Part shown: in pieces, positions 18,630 to 27,717 of the stretch | How positions within the stretch are numbered: position 1 is the stretch's first letter | Layout of the letters: the number at the start of each line of letters is the position of its first letter | Source: Dysgonamonadaceae bacterium | GTDB taxonomy: Bacteria > Bacteroidota > Bacteroidia > Bacteroidales > Azobacteroidaceae | Assembly: GCA_031253625.1 (NCBI GenBank) | Contig: JAIRVZ010000128.1 | Span: 31,307 to 95,306 of the forward strand | DNA length: 64,000 nucleotides | Reading direction: 5' to 3' | Notes under the pieces: model-generated | What the model saw: only the letters and a program-made list of their open reading frames with translations | Databases searched by the model: none | Told to the model about the DNA's origin: nothing | Translations under genes and position numbers: made by a program

Positions 18630-21326
18630 ATGAGGTCTATCTTTTTTAAACTGGTTCACAAGAACCTTCAGAGCCAAGTTGGAACTGAGCATGAAAAACG
18701 TATTTCCCAAGACTTAAAAGCTTCTGCGCTGAAAAAATCGGAGCAGATTCTTCAGGAGTTAAATTCAAATCTTCAAGGGTTGACTGAAGAAGAAGTAAAT
18801 AACCGGCTCGATACTTACGGGCGGAATGTTGTAGTACATGACAAACCGAAACCATGGTATTTACAACTGCTTTTGGCTTTCAATAATCCATTTAATTATG
18901 TGTTGTTCGTTCTTGCCTTGGTATCGGTTTTGACCGGCGACTATACGGGAATGACCATCATCGTAGCCATGGTGTTATTGTCTGTTGTTATCAAATTTAC
19001 ACAGGAATATAAGTCCGGTAAAAGTGCGGAGGCCTTGAAAGCGATGGTACACACGAACTGTACCGTAACAAGAATATCGGCAACCGGAAAATCCGAAAAC
19101 AAGGAAATCCATATCGAAGAACTTGTTCCCGGAGATATTATTCAATTAGCTGCCGGAGATATAATTCCTGCGGATGTCAGGATAATTCACAGTAAAGACC
19201 TTTATATCTCTCAATCGGCCTTAACCGGAGAATCTTTACCGGTCGAAAAAAGCGATGTGGCTACCGGCACGGATAATGTTCTTGATATTAAGAACCTGTG
19301 TTTCATGGGTACAAATGTCGACATTGGAACTGCTACGGCAATTGTACTTAGTACGGGTGCAAACACTTATTTTGGTTCTATGGCCAAAGCCCTCACCACC
19401 TCCACAACCCAGCAAACAAATTTTGATATTGGAGTAAACAAAGTCAGTTGGTTGCTTATCAAGTTTATGTTGATAATGGTGCCTGTGGTGTTCTTTATAT
19501 CCGGATTTACAAAAGGAAACTGGTTGGATGCGCTGATGTTTGCCTTATCGGTAGCTGTCGGACTTACTCCTGAAATGTTACCCGTTGTTGTAACAAGCAA
19601 TTTGGCCAAAGGCGCTATGCGTATGTCCAAGGAAAAAGTGGTGGTGAAAAAGCTGAATGCCATTCAGAATTTTGGAGCAATGAATGTTTTGTGTACAGAT
19701 AAAACAGGAACACTTACACAAGACAAAATCATTGTAGTAAAGCATTTGGATATTTTCATGCAAGATAGCGCCAAAGTATTTGAATTAGCCTGTTTCAACA
19801 GTTACTTCCAGTCAGGATTGAAAAATCAAATGGACATAGCCATACTTGAAAATGAAGATGCCCGGAAATGCAAAGATGATGCCGCATCTTGGAAAAGCTT
19901 AGATGAGATTCCTTACGACTTTGTACGCCGGCGTATGTCTGTTGTTTTGCAACAAACAGGCGGAATGCCTATGATAATTACCAAGGGAGCAGTCGATGAA
20001 ATGCTGGCATGTACTTCATCTGTAAATACGCCATCCGGAGAAGTTCCTTTAACAGAAGAATTAAAGGCCGAAATATATAAAAATGTATCATCACTCAATG
20101 AAGACGGTTTAAGGGTACTTGCAGTAGCACACCGTATTTTTGATAAAAACCACGATAATGTTTACACCGTAGCAGATGAATCCGAGTTGGTATTGGATGG
20201 CTTTGTTGCATTCCTTGACCCTCCTAAGGAAACAGCCAAATTAGCGCTCGAATCCTTGAAAGAGAATGGTATCAAAGTAATGGTATTGACCGGAGACAAT
20301 GATGTTATCGCAGGGAAAGTATGTAGGGAAGTCGGATTAGTATTCGACAAAATTATTACCGGAAACGAATTAGACGACTTATCGGATGCGGAAGCCTCTG
20401 ATTTGATTGAAAAACATCAGATTTTTGCAAGGTTAACGCCCATGCAAAAAGGAAGAATTGTTAACTTATTGCGACAAAACGGTCATGTAGTAGGATATAT
20501 GGGAGATGGTATCAATGACGCGGTTTCGTTGAGAAATGCGGATATTGGTATTTCCGTAGATACAGCGGTAGATATTGCCAAAGAAAGCGCCGACCTGATT
20601 TTGTTGGAAAAGAGCTTGATGGTGTTAGACCGGGGTGTGATAGAAGGGCGTAAGACTTTTGCCAATACAATGAAATATATTAAGATTACGGCAAGTTCGA
20701 ACTTTGGAAACGTATTTTCTTTATTAGGTGCAAGCGCTATGTTTCCTTTTCTTCCAATGCTTCCAATACAAATTTTAATTTTGAACCTGCTTTACGACTT
20801 TTCTCAAATTTCTATCCCTTGGGATAATGTCGATAAAGAATTTTTAGCAAAACCAAGGAAATGGATTGCAACAGATATTAAACGCTTTATGATTATAATA
20901 GGGCCTTCCAGTTCTATATTTGATTATGCAACTTTTGGTTTAATGTATCTGATAATATGTCCAATGGCCTTTGGCGGACTTGAGTATGGCGCTTTATCTA
21001 CACAACAGCAACTGATATTTGCCGGAATGTTCCAAACGGGTTGGTTTATAGAAAGCTTGTTCACACAAACATTAGTAGTACAAGTGCTTAGAACAGAAAA
21101 AATACCATTCTTCCAATCAAGACCGAGTTTGTTGGTTTTCTCAACAGCTATGTTGCTCTTAATTGTCGGAGTTTTATTGCCTTATACAGGTATTGGAAAA
21201 GCCATAGGATTTGTTCCGCTTCCGCTACATTATTATTACTGGTTAGTAGCTATTTTATTCTGTTATATAACGTTAGCTCAAATACTTAAGAGATGGTATA
21301 TTAAAAGATATAATAGTTGGTTGTAG
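18630..21326 (+). CDS. mgtA: Magnesium-translocating P-type ATPase
   Basis: 898-aa ORF with P-type motifs TGES, DKTGTLT and GDGINDA, about 10 TM segments, and an MgtA-like N-terminus. Confidence 0.85.
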   Translation: MRSIFFKLVHKNLQSQVGTEHEKRISQDLKASALKKSEQILQELNSNLQGLTEEEVNNRLDTYGRNVVVHDKPKPWYLQLLLAFNNPFNYVLFVLALVSVLTGDYTGMTIIVAMVLLSVVIKFTQEYKSGKSAEALKAMVHTNCTVTRISATGKSENKEIHIEELVPGDIIQLAAGDIIPADVRIIHSKDLYISQSALTGESLPVEKSDVATGTDNVLDIKNLCFMGTNVDIGTATAIVLSTGANTYFGSMAKALTTSTTQQTNFDIGVNKVSWLLIKFMLIMVPVVFFISGFTKGNWLDALMFALSVAVGLTPEMLPVVVTSNLAKGAMRMSKEKVVVKKLNAIQNFGAMNVLCTDKTGTLTQDKIIVVKHLDIFMQDSAKVFELACFNSYFQSGLKNQMDIAILENEDARKCKDDAASWKSLDEIPYDFVRRRMSVVLQQTGGMPMIITKGAVDEMLACTSSVNTPSGEVPLTEELKAEIYKNVSSLNEDGLRVLAVAHRIFDKNHDNVYTVADESELVLDGFVAFLDPPKETAKLALESLKENGIKVMVLTGDNDVIAGKVCREVGLVFDKIITGNELDDLSDAEASDLIEKHQIFARLTPMQKGRIVNLLRQNGHVVGYMGDGINDAVSLRNADIGISVDTAVDIAKESADLILLEKSLMVLDRGVIEGRKTFANTMKYIKITASSNFGNVFSLLGASAMFPFLPMLPIQILILNLLYDFSQISIPWDNVDKEFLAKPRKWIATDIKRFMIIIGPSSSIFDYATFGLMYLIICPMAFGGLEYGALSTQQQLIFAGMFQTGWFIESLFTQTLVVQVLRTEKIPFFQSRPSLLVFSTAMLLLIVGVLLPYTGIGKAIGFVPLPLHYYYWLVAILFCYITLAQILKRWYIKRYNSWL

Positions 21327-21348
21327 TTCAAAAAAATAAAAATATGAA

Positions 21349-21386
21349 AAGAGGGCTGTTTCAAACGAGACAGCCCTCTTTTCTTT
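21349..21386 (+). terminator. Rho-independent terminator after mgtA
   Basis: GAGGGCTGT...ACAGCCCTC stem followed by TTTTCTTT. The same stem sequence is used in the trp attenuator at 24984. Confidence 0.8.
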
Positions 21387-21615
21387 GGCATCATTGTCCC
21401 CTTTTTTTTTTAAGGCTGAAAGCCTTTAATCAATGGCAAATGTAAAACTTTTTTACAGTCTTAACTTTTTATGCAGGCAAAGTTAGGAATTCCAAAAAAT
21501 TACATCTAATATATGTTTGCAATTTGCTTTTTTGTATAGATAAAGCTATATTTTTATCAAATATTTTGTTGTTATTGTAGATTTGTCTATATTTGCAGTC
21601 GAAATAAAAGAAGAT

Positions 21616-21906
21616 ATGTACAACGAATTATATGAAAAAGCCGGAAGCGAAATAATCCGGGAAATTGGGAAACGATACAGTGATTATCGGAAACGGATAG
21701 GATATACTCAAAAAGAAGTTTCCAAAAAATCGGGTTTGAGCGTATTTACAATCAGTTCTTTTGAAAATGGTTCTTCTACCGGAATCACATTGGCTTCGTT
21801 TATCAAACTACTTCGAGCGATTGACAGTTTGGATGAAATAGAAAAACTATTGCCGGAATTACCCGAAAGTCCGCGAGCATTATTTAAGAAACAGAGTAAA
21901 AAGTAA
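21616..21906 (+). CDS. hipB: HipB-like XRE-family HTH antitoxin
   Basis: Contains the HTH GYTQKEVSKKSGLSVFTISSFENG and sits 3 nt upstream of the hipA-like gene. A TAtaTTTG box at 21588-21595 favours the ATG at 21616 over the ORF-track start at 21583. Confidence 0.7.
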   Translation: MYNELYEKAGSEIIREIGKRYSDYRKRIGYTQKEVSKKSGLSVFTISSFENGSSTGITLASFIKLLRAIDSLDEIEKLLPELPESPRALFKKQSKK

Positions 21907-21909
21907 ACT

Positions 21910-23163
21910 ATGGAAACAAATGTAGTAAAAGTAAAACTATGGGGAATAGATGTAGGTTATCTTTCGTGGGATAAGAAAGCAGGCGTTGCTGTTTTTGAAT
22001 ATGAATCTTTATTTCTTGAACAGGGATTGGATATTGCGCCTTTGACAATGCCCATAAACGCACCTCGCAGTCAAAAGCATCTACCGTGGACAGGCGACAA
22101 AGACAAACTTTATCAAGGACTTCCGTCAATGATAGCGGATTCTTTACCCGACAAATGGGGAAATTCTCTTTTTAAGGCTTGGTTGCGGGACAATAATATT
22201 CCGACTAAAAAAACAACTCCGGTTGACCATCTTTCGTTTATCGGCAGTCGGGCAATGGGCGCATTGGAATATGAGCCTGCACAAAAACTCGGAGATAATT
22301 CCGCTTTTTCGGTCAATGTACAAAGGCTGTACGAGTTTGCCAAACAAGTGTTAAACGAAAGAGAAACAACCTTGTTGAATCAAGAAAACTCTATTCTGTG
22401 GCAGGATTTGATAAAAATAAGTTCGTCGCCGGGCGGAAAACGCCCGAAAGCGATTGTTGCTTTAAATAAAAATACAGGCAAAGTAATCTCCGGTCAAGGA
22501 ATAATTCCCGAAGGATTTCAGCATTATATCCTAAAATATGATGATAATTCCGTTTATCCTTTTGCCAAATTAGAGTATGTTTACTACCAAATGGCTTTGG
22601 ATGCCGGAATTGAAATGATGCCGTCGGAACTAAAAACATACGAAGGAATAACGCACTTTCTTACTCAACGTTTCGACCGCATCGGGAACGAAAAAATACA
22701 TACGCAAACATTAGGGGCGATGTCGCCTGCAAGCGATAGTTACGAAGAAATTTTTGCAACAATTCGACGATTAAATTTGCCATACGAAGACAGCAAGCAA
22801 CAATATCTGCGAATGGTTTTTAATGTGATAGCTCGAAATGTAGATGACCATTCAAAGAATTTTTCGTTTTGTATGAACCGCAATGGAGTTTGGCGATTAT
22901 CCCCTGCTTATGATTTGACTTACAGCGTAGATTTAACTGCGCCTGCTTATTCCAACAGACATTCATTAACTGTGAATGGCAAGAACGAGGACATTACTCG
23001 CGAAGACTTGGAAATTGTCGGTTTGAATAATGATATACAAGATTACAAAACTTTGATTGATACAGTCGCTAATGCAGTCGCTAAATTTAAAGATTATGCA
23101 ACGAATTTGGGAATTGATGGAAAATTAATCGAAAGTATTAAGAGTGATTTTGTAAAAATTTAA
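21910..23163 (+). CDS. hipA: HipA-family serine/threonine kinase toxin
   Basis: 417-aa ORF with a HipA N-terminal coupling region (LWGIDVGYLSW), a catalytic region (ARNVDDHSKNFSF) and SPAYDL. Confidence 0.85.
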   Translation: METNVVKVKLWGIDVGYLSWDKKAGVAVFEYESLFLEQGLDIAPLTMPINAPRSQKHLPWTGDKDKLYQGLPSMIADSLPDKWGNSLFKAWLRDNNIPTKKTTPVDHLSFIGSRAMGALEYEPAQKLGDNSAFSVNVQRLYEFAKQVLNERETTLLNQENSILWQDLIKISSSPGGKRPKAIVALNKNTGKVISGQGIIPEGFQHYILKYDDNSVYPFAKLEYVYYQMALDAGIEMMPSELKTYEGITHFLTQRFDRIGNEKIHTQTLGAMSPASDSYEEIFATIRRLNLPYEDSKQQYLRMVFNVIARNVDDHSKNFSFCMNRNGVWRLSPAYDLTYSVDLTAPAYSNRHSLTVNGKNEDITREDLEIVGLNNDIQDYKTLIDTVANAVAKFKDYATNLGIDGKLIESIKSDFVKI

Positions 23164-23373
23164 GATAAAAAAGTAGTAATTTTGCCTCGTAGTTTTATGC
23201 AGACAAAGGCAGGACACGAGTGGTCAAATAAGACTTGTAGAACCGCCCTAAAGGGGCTTGTTATTTAAATTTACCCCTGCAGGGATGGGTAGCATAATAA
23301 ACGCGTTATCCTAAAATTTCGACCACTACGCGGTAATAGATAAATTATTAAATTGATAAATAAATTTGAATTT

Positions 23374-24528
23374 CTAATCTGCTACTGGACGAACAGACAA
23401 GCCGAGCGACTTGCCGCTCCAACCGAACCTGTGCACGCCGCCGTAACGGAAGTACATGCAGTACGCGCTGCCGTCGACGCAATCGTACTGCGCACTACTC
23501 CAAAAGTAGCCGTCCGAGCCAACGTAGTCGAACGCTCCGTCGATGCTGTGGTGACAGCCCGCGGCAGGCAAAAAGATACATTTACCACTTGCTCGGTCGG
23601 TAAATCGACCACCGTATACACCGTTTCGGGTTGTCCATTCGTATTTAACATAAGTCATATCTGTTAAACTTTCCATTTCTGCGCTTGTTGGAACTCGGTA
23701 ACCGGCAGGACTTGGGTCGTTAGCAGGCAGCCAAGTGGTGGATTTGGAATAATTACTATTGTAATAGTCGTCGTAAAGCAAGAAGTTAGTTGTGGGGCTA
23801 TTCCATTGGTAATAACCACCGTAATCTTCAGGGGAGGAGGCACCTACGTTACGAGTTGCCCATTTAACGCCGTTAATTAAAACCCATTTTTCTTCATCTT
23901 CTGCTTGCGTAACTTCAACTTCAGCAGTCTTGGCTCCGCAGGCAAATATTAGCATAGCTTTTCGCTCATCGAAAGTTTCATTCTCTGAAACAGTTACTGT
24001 AATGGATAAATCCCCACTACCGATTTTGGGAGATACTTTGCACCAATCTGTTTCTCCGGAAACTGTCCAATCGCCATTACTTGAAACTTCAATTGTTTTG
24101 CTACCATCCTCAGATTCAAAAGATAAAGCATTCGTATCTAAATTAATGTAGAGAGATTCTTCTTTTGCTGCTTGTGTAACTTTAACTTCAGCGATTTCTG
24201 CCCCACATCTGAATATTAGCGTAGCTTTCCGCTTATCGGGCGATTCATTTTTCGAAACAATTATCGAAACAGCTGAATTTCCATTACCGGTTTTGGACGA
24301 TACCTCGCACCAATCCGTTTCACCTAAAATAGTCCAATCACCATTACTAGAAACTTTTATCGTTTGACTTCCGGTTTTGGATTCAAAAGTTAGTGCGTCT
24401 GTTTCTAAATTGATGTAAAGAAGTTCTTCTTTTTCAGTACATCCGCTAAAGATTAGTAAAGATAAAAACAAGCATTTAAAAATATTGGCAACAAAAAACT
24501 TGAATATTCGCAATGTGTTCTTTCTCAT
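23374..24528 (-). CDS. Lipoprotein with two tandem BACON domains and a C-terminal Fibrobacter succinogenes major paralogous (FISUMP) domain
   Basis: Lipobox LIFSGC. Two ~90-aa repeats (LYINL.T.AL.FES..GS.TI.VSSNGDWT..GETDWC.VS...) are followed by WATRNVGA...YYQWN...LPAAG...YFWSS. Confidence 0.8.
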   Translation of the reverse strand: MRKNTLRIFKFFVANIFKCLFLSLLIFSGCTEKEELLYINLETDALTFESKTGSQTIKVSSNGDWTILGETDWCEVSSKTGNGNSAVSIIVSKNESPDKRKATLIFRCGAEIAEVKVTQAAKEESLYINLDTNALSFESEDGSKTIEVSSNGDWTVSGETDWCKVSPKIGSGDLSITVTVSENETFDERKAMLIFACGAKTAEVEVTQAEDEEKWVLINGVKWATRNVGASSPEDYGGYYQWNSPTTNFLLYDDYYNSNYSKSTTWLPANDPSPAGYRVPTSAEMESLTDMTYVKYEWTTRNGVYGGRFTDRASGKCIFLPAAGCHHSIDGAFDYVGSDGYFWSSAQYDCVDGSAYCMYFRYGGVHRFGWSGKSLGLSVRPVAD

Positions 24529-24585
24529 GATATAGTTATTTAGACGACAAATATATGATTTTTTAATAACGCAGTAAAATATTTT

Positions 24586-24770
24586 AAAACCTTATTTCTA
24601 CCTTATTTTTCTAACAAAACAACCTCAGTAGCCTGAAAACAAGCTCCATAAACCTTCAACCTAATTACCTCATTTTAACAGACAATAAGGTAATAAGGTT
24701 TATGTTTGATGTATTAACCTGTTGCTACTGAGGTTGTTTTGTTAGAAAAATAAGGTAGAAATAAGGTTTT
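24586..24770. repeat. 47-bp perfect inverted repeat flanking a 91-nt, itself partly palindromic, spacer (MITE-like or long hairpin element)
   Basis: 24586-24632 is the exact reverse complement of 24724-24770 (checked base by base). The spacer contains CATAAACCTT...AAGGTTTATG. Confidence 0.9.
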
Positions 24771-24852
24771 TACTCTATATCTTTTATAAGCAAAATCTGT
24801 ACAAGGGCATTAATTTTTCTGAAAATATTTTGCAACTTATCAAAATAGTTTT

Positions 24853-24860
24853 TACATTTG
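24853..24860 (+). promoter_or_regulatory. trp operon promoter: -7 box TAcaTTTG with a TTTG -33 element at 24829-24832
   Basis: Matches the Bacteroidota consensus TTTG...TAnnTTTG, with 20 nt between the elements. It lies 18 nt upstream of the leader-peptide ATG. Confidence 0.65.
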
Positions 24861-24877
24861 CAGCCGAATAACGAAAA

Positions 24878-24940
24878 ATGATGAAAACAATGTTAGCAAA
24901 TATGTATTGGTGGCGTTTCTTACAATTCAAAAAATCGTAA
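24878..24940 (+). CDS. trp leader peptide, 20 codons, with tandem Trp codons
   Basis: Hand-translated as MMKTMLANMYWWRFLQFKKS, followed by a stop codon. TGG TGG lies at 24908-24913. It is followed by a strong terminator and then trpB. Confidence 0.7.
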   Translation: MMKTMLANMYWWRFLQFKKS

Positions 24941-24983
24941 GGGGCGAGGCTATATATGTAAACTATAAAAATAGAAACATAAA

Positions 24984-25021
24984 AAGAGGGCTGTTGTACT
25001 TACGACAGCCCTCTTTTCTTT
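24984..25021 (+). terminator. Attenuator terminator of the trp leader
   Basis: AAGAGGGCTGT-loop-ACAGCCCTCTT followed by TTCTTT. It lies between the leader peptide and trpB. Confidence 0.8.
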
Positions 25022-25025
25022 AAAA

Positions 25026-25068
25026 ACTCTGTGAAACTCCGTGAAGTTAACTCCGTGAGACTCCGTGT
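25026..25068 (+). repeat. Four tandem copies of ACTC(C/T)GTG(A/T)
   Basis: Reads ACTCTGTGA, ACTCCGTGA, ACTCCGTGA and ACTCCGTGT at 10-13 nt spacing, between the attenuator and the trpB start. Confidence 0.8.
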
Positions 25069-25104
25069 TAAAAAATTAAGTAATAATAAAATAAAAAAAA
25101 GAAA

Positions 25105-26286
25105 ATGTATCAGGTAAACGAAAATGGTTATTATGGAGATTTCGGAGGAGCTTATATCCCCGAAATACTGCATCAATGCGTGGAAAACTTGAAAAATATC
25201 TATTTGCAAGTATTGGAAAGTGACAGTTTCAAGCAGGAATTTGATGCTTTGTTGCGCGATTATGTCGGGCGACCTTCTCCGCTCTATTTGTCTAAAAGAC
25301 TGAGCGAAAAATACAATGCGAAAATTTATCTTAAACGCGAAGATTTGAACCATACGGGCGCGCACAAAATCAACAATACGATTGGACAGATTTTATTGGC
25401 ACGTCGCATGGGAAAAACCCGCATCATCGCAGAAACAGGAGCCGGACAACACGGTGTCGCTACTGCTACCGTATGTGCGCTAATGAATATGGAATGTGTT
25501 GTATACATGGGAAAAACAGACGTGGAACGGCAACATGCCAATGTGCAAAAAATGGAAATGTTGGGCGCAACTGTCGTCCCTGTTACATCAGGAAATATGA
25601 CTTTGAAAGATGCCACCAATGAAGCCATTCGCGATTGGTGTTGTCATCCTTCCGATACTTACTACATTATCGGCTCTACCGTTGGGCCGCATCCTTATCC
25701 CGATATGGTTGCACGCCTGCAATCGGTTATCAGCGAAGAAATCAAAAAACAATTATTGGAAAAAGAAGGACGAGAATATCCCGATTATCTGATTGCCTGC
25801 GTAGGTGGAGGAAGTAATGCTGCCGGAACCATCTATCATTTTTTAAACGACGAAAGAGTAAAAATCGTTTTGACCGAAGCCGGAGGAAAAGGCATCCATT
25901 CCGGAATGAGTGCAGCGACCATACAACTTGGAAAAACCGGAATCTTACACGGAGCACGTACCTTGGTGATGCAAGACGAAGACGGACAAATTGAAGAACC
26001 TTATTCCATTTCTGCCGGTTTGGATTACCCCGGAATTGGCCCGCTCCACGCCAATTTATCTACAACCAAACGTGCAACTGTTTTTGCCATAGACGATGAC
26101 GAGGCCTTACAAGCTGCCTTCGAACTAACCCGCTTGGAAGGAATCATTCCCGCATTGGAAAGTGCTCACGCTTTAGGCGTTTTAAGCAAAATGAAATTCA
26201 AACCCGAAGACGTCGTTGTCCTTACCGTTTCAGGACGAGGCGACAAAGACTTAGATACCTACATACAACACAAAATTAATCATTAA
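25105..26286 (+). CDS. trpB: Tryptophan synthase beta chain
   Basis: 393-aa ORF with the PLP-lysine region [11 protein letters not shown] and the GGGSNA motif. Confidence 0.95.
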   Translation: MYQVNENGYYGDFGGAYIPEILHQCVENLKNIYLQVLESDSFKQEFDALLRDYVGRPSPLYLSKRLSEKYNAKIYLKREDLNHTGAHKINNTIGQILLARRMGKTRIIAETGAGQHGVATATVCALMNMECVVYMGKTDVERQHANVQKMEMLGATVVPVTSGNMTLKDATNEAIRDWCCHPSDTYYIIGSTVGPHPYPDMVARLQSVISEEIKKQLLEKEGREYPDYLIACVGGGSNAAGTIYHFLNDERVKIVLTEAGGKGIHSGMSAATIQLGKTGILHGARTLVMQDEDGQIEEPYSISAGLDYPGIGPLHANLSTTKRATVFAIDDDEALQAAFELTRLEGIIPALESAHALGVLSKMKFKPEDVVVLTVSGRGDKDLDTYIQHKINH

Positions 26287-26308
26287 ACACTAATCATTAA
26301 TCATTATT

Positions 26309-27712
26309 ATGCAGTTTACATTTAGAACAAATAGCAAACAGGTGATGGGTGATTTACATACACCCGTTAGCACTTACTTGAAAATGAGGGATATATACCC
26401 GGAATCCGCTTTGTTGGAAAGTTCCGATTACCACGGAAACGAAAATAGTCAATCATACATCGCTTTGTGTCCTGTGGCCTCTATCGGCATCAACAACGGA
26501 GAAAGCACAGCCGTATTTCCCGATGATAGCCGCCAAGTAACATCGTTAACAGAATCATACGGAATGACTGATGCCATGAATGATTTTCTCAACCGATTTT
26601 CTATCGAAGGCGCACACAAAGAAGTCTGCGGATTATTTGGCTATACGGCTTTCGATGCCGTTCGTTATCTCGAACCCATACCGGTAATGGAATCGCATCA
26701 TGCCGAAAATGATGCTCCCGATATGCTTTACATCTTGTATAAATACATACTCGTTTTCAACCATTTCAAAAATGAATTGACGTTGATAGAACTTCTTCTT
26801 CCCAACGAGCCAAGTAACTTACAAGAAATAGAAACACTGATTGAAAACAGAAATTTTGCCTCTTACAATTTCCATTTGGACGGAGAAGAAACTTCGCCCA
26901 TTACCGACGAAGAATATATGGATTCGGTTCGTCAGGGAATTAAACATTGTATGCGGGGAGATGTTTTTCAGATTGTGTTGAGCCGTCGGTTCGAACAAGC
27001 TTTCAAAGGAGATGATTTCAAGGTTTACCGCGCTTTGCGGAGCGTGAATCCTTCTCCTTATCTTTTTTATTTCGATTTTGGAGGATTCCGTATTTTCGGT
27101 TCTTCTCCCGAAACGCACTGCAAGGTGGAAAACGGTCACGCAAGCATCGACCCCATTGCCGGAACTGCTTTCCGTACAGGAAATACGGCAATCGATAAGC
27201 AACGAACAGAATCGCTACTGACCGATCCGAAAGAGAATGCTGAACACGTTATGTTGGTCGACCTCGCCCGAAACGACTTGAGCCGGAATGCTCACAACGT
27301 TCATTTGGATTTTTATAAAGAAGTACAATATTACAGTCACGTTATCCATTTGGTTTCGCGTGTTTCGGGAGAAATCAATCCGGATAGTAATCCTGTAAAA
27401 ACTTACTTAGACACATTTCCTGCCGGAACATTGAGTGGAGCACCAAAAGTACGTGCCATGCAGCTGATAAGCGAAATCGAGAAACACAACCGAGGTGCTT
27501 ATGGCGGATGTATCGGGGTAATCGGTCTCAACGGAAACATCAATCAGGCAATCACTATTCGCTCTTTTGTCAGTCGCGGAAATATTTTGTATTATCAGGC
27601 AGGTGCCGGAATCGTTGCCCAAAGCGTTGCAGAACGCGAATTACAAGAAGTAAACAGCAAATTAGGCGCATTGAAAAAAGCCATCAATATAGCAACAACG
27701 TTAAAGAATTAA
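26309..27712 (+). CDS. trpE: Anthranilate synthase component I
   Basis: 467-aa ORF with the chorismate-binding motifs SPE...GTLSGAPK and GAYGG. Confidence 0.9.
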   Translation: MQFTFRTNSKQVMGDLHTPVSTYLKMRDIYPESALLESSDYHGNENSQSYIALCPVASIGINNGESTAVFPDDSRQVTSLTESYGMTDAMNDFLNRFSIEGAHKEVCGLFGYTAFDAVRYLEPIPVMESHHAENDAPDMLYILYKYILVFNHFKNELTLIELLLPNEPSNLQEIETLIENRNFASYNFHLDGEETSPITDEEYMDSVRQGIKHCMRGDVFQIVLSRRFEQAFKGDDFKVYRALRSVNPSPYLFYFDFGGFRIFGSSPETHCKVENGHASIDPIAGTAFRTGNTAIDKQRTESLLTDPKENAEHVMLVDLARNDLSRNAHNVHLDFYKEVQYYSHVIHLVSRVSGEINPDSNPVKTYLDTFPAGTLSGAPKVRAMQLISEIEKHNRGAYGGCIGVIGLNGNINQAITIRSFVSRGNILYYQAGAGIVAQSVAERELQEVNSKLGALKKAINIATTLKN

Positions 27713-27717
27713 ATAAA

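Noticed and set aside
23353-23667. 104-aa plus-strand ORF and 89-aa minus-strand ORF overlapping the 3' part of the BACON/FISUMP gene
   Set aside because: They lie entirely within a well-supported 384-aa gene in other frames. Their Ala/Val/Thr-rich composition is typical of out-of-frame translation of a locally GC-richer segment.
27508-27717. N-terminal extension of trpG given by the ORF track (start at 27508)
   Set aside because: The extension overlaps trpE in another frame and is Arg/Ser/Lys-rich nonsense. The canonical TrpG N-terminus MKILLLDNYDSFTYN begins at ATG 27718, 6 nt after the trpE stop.
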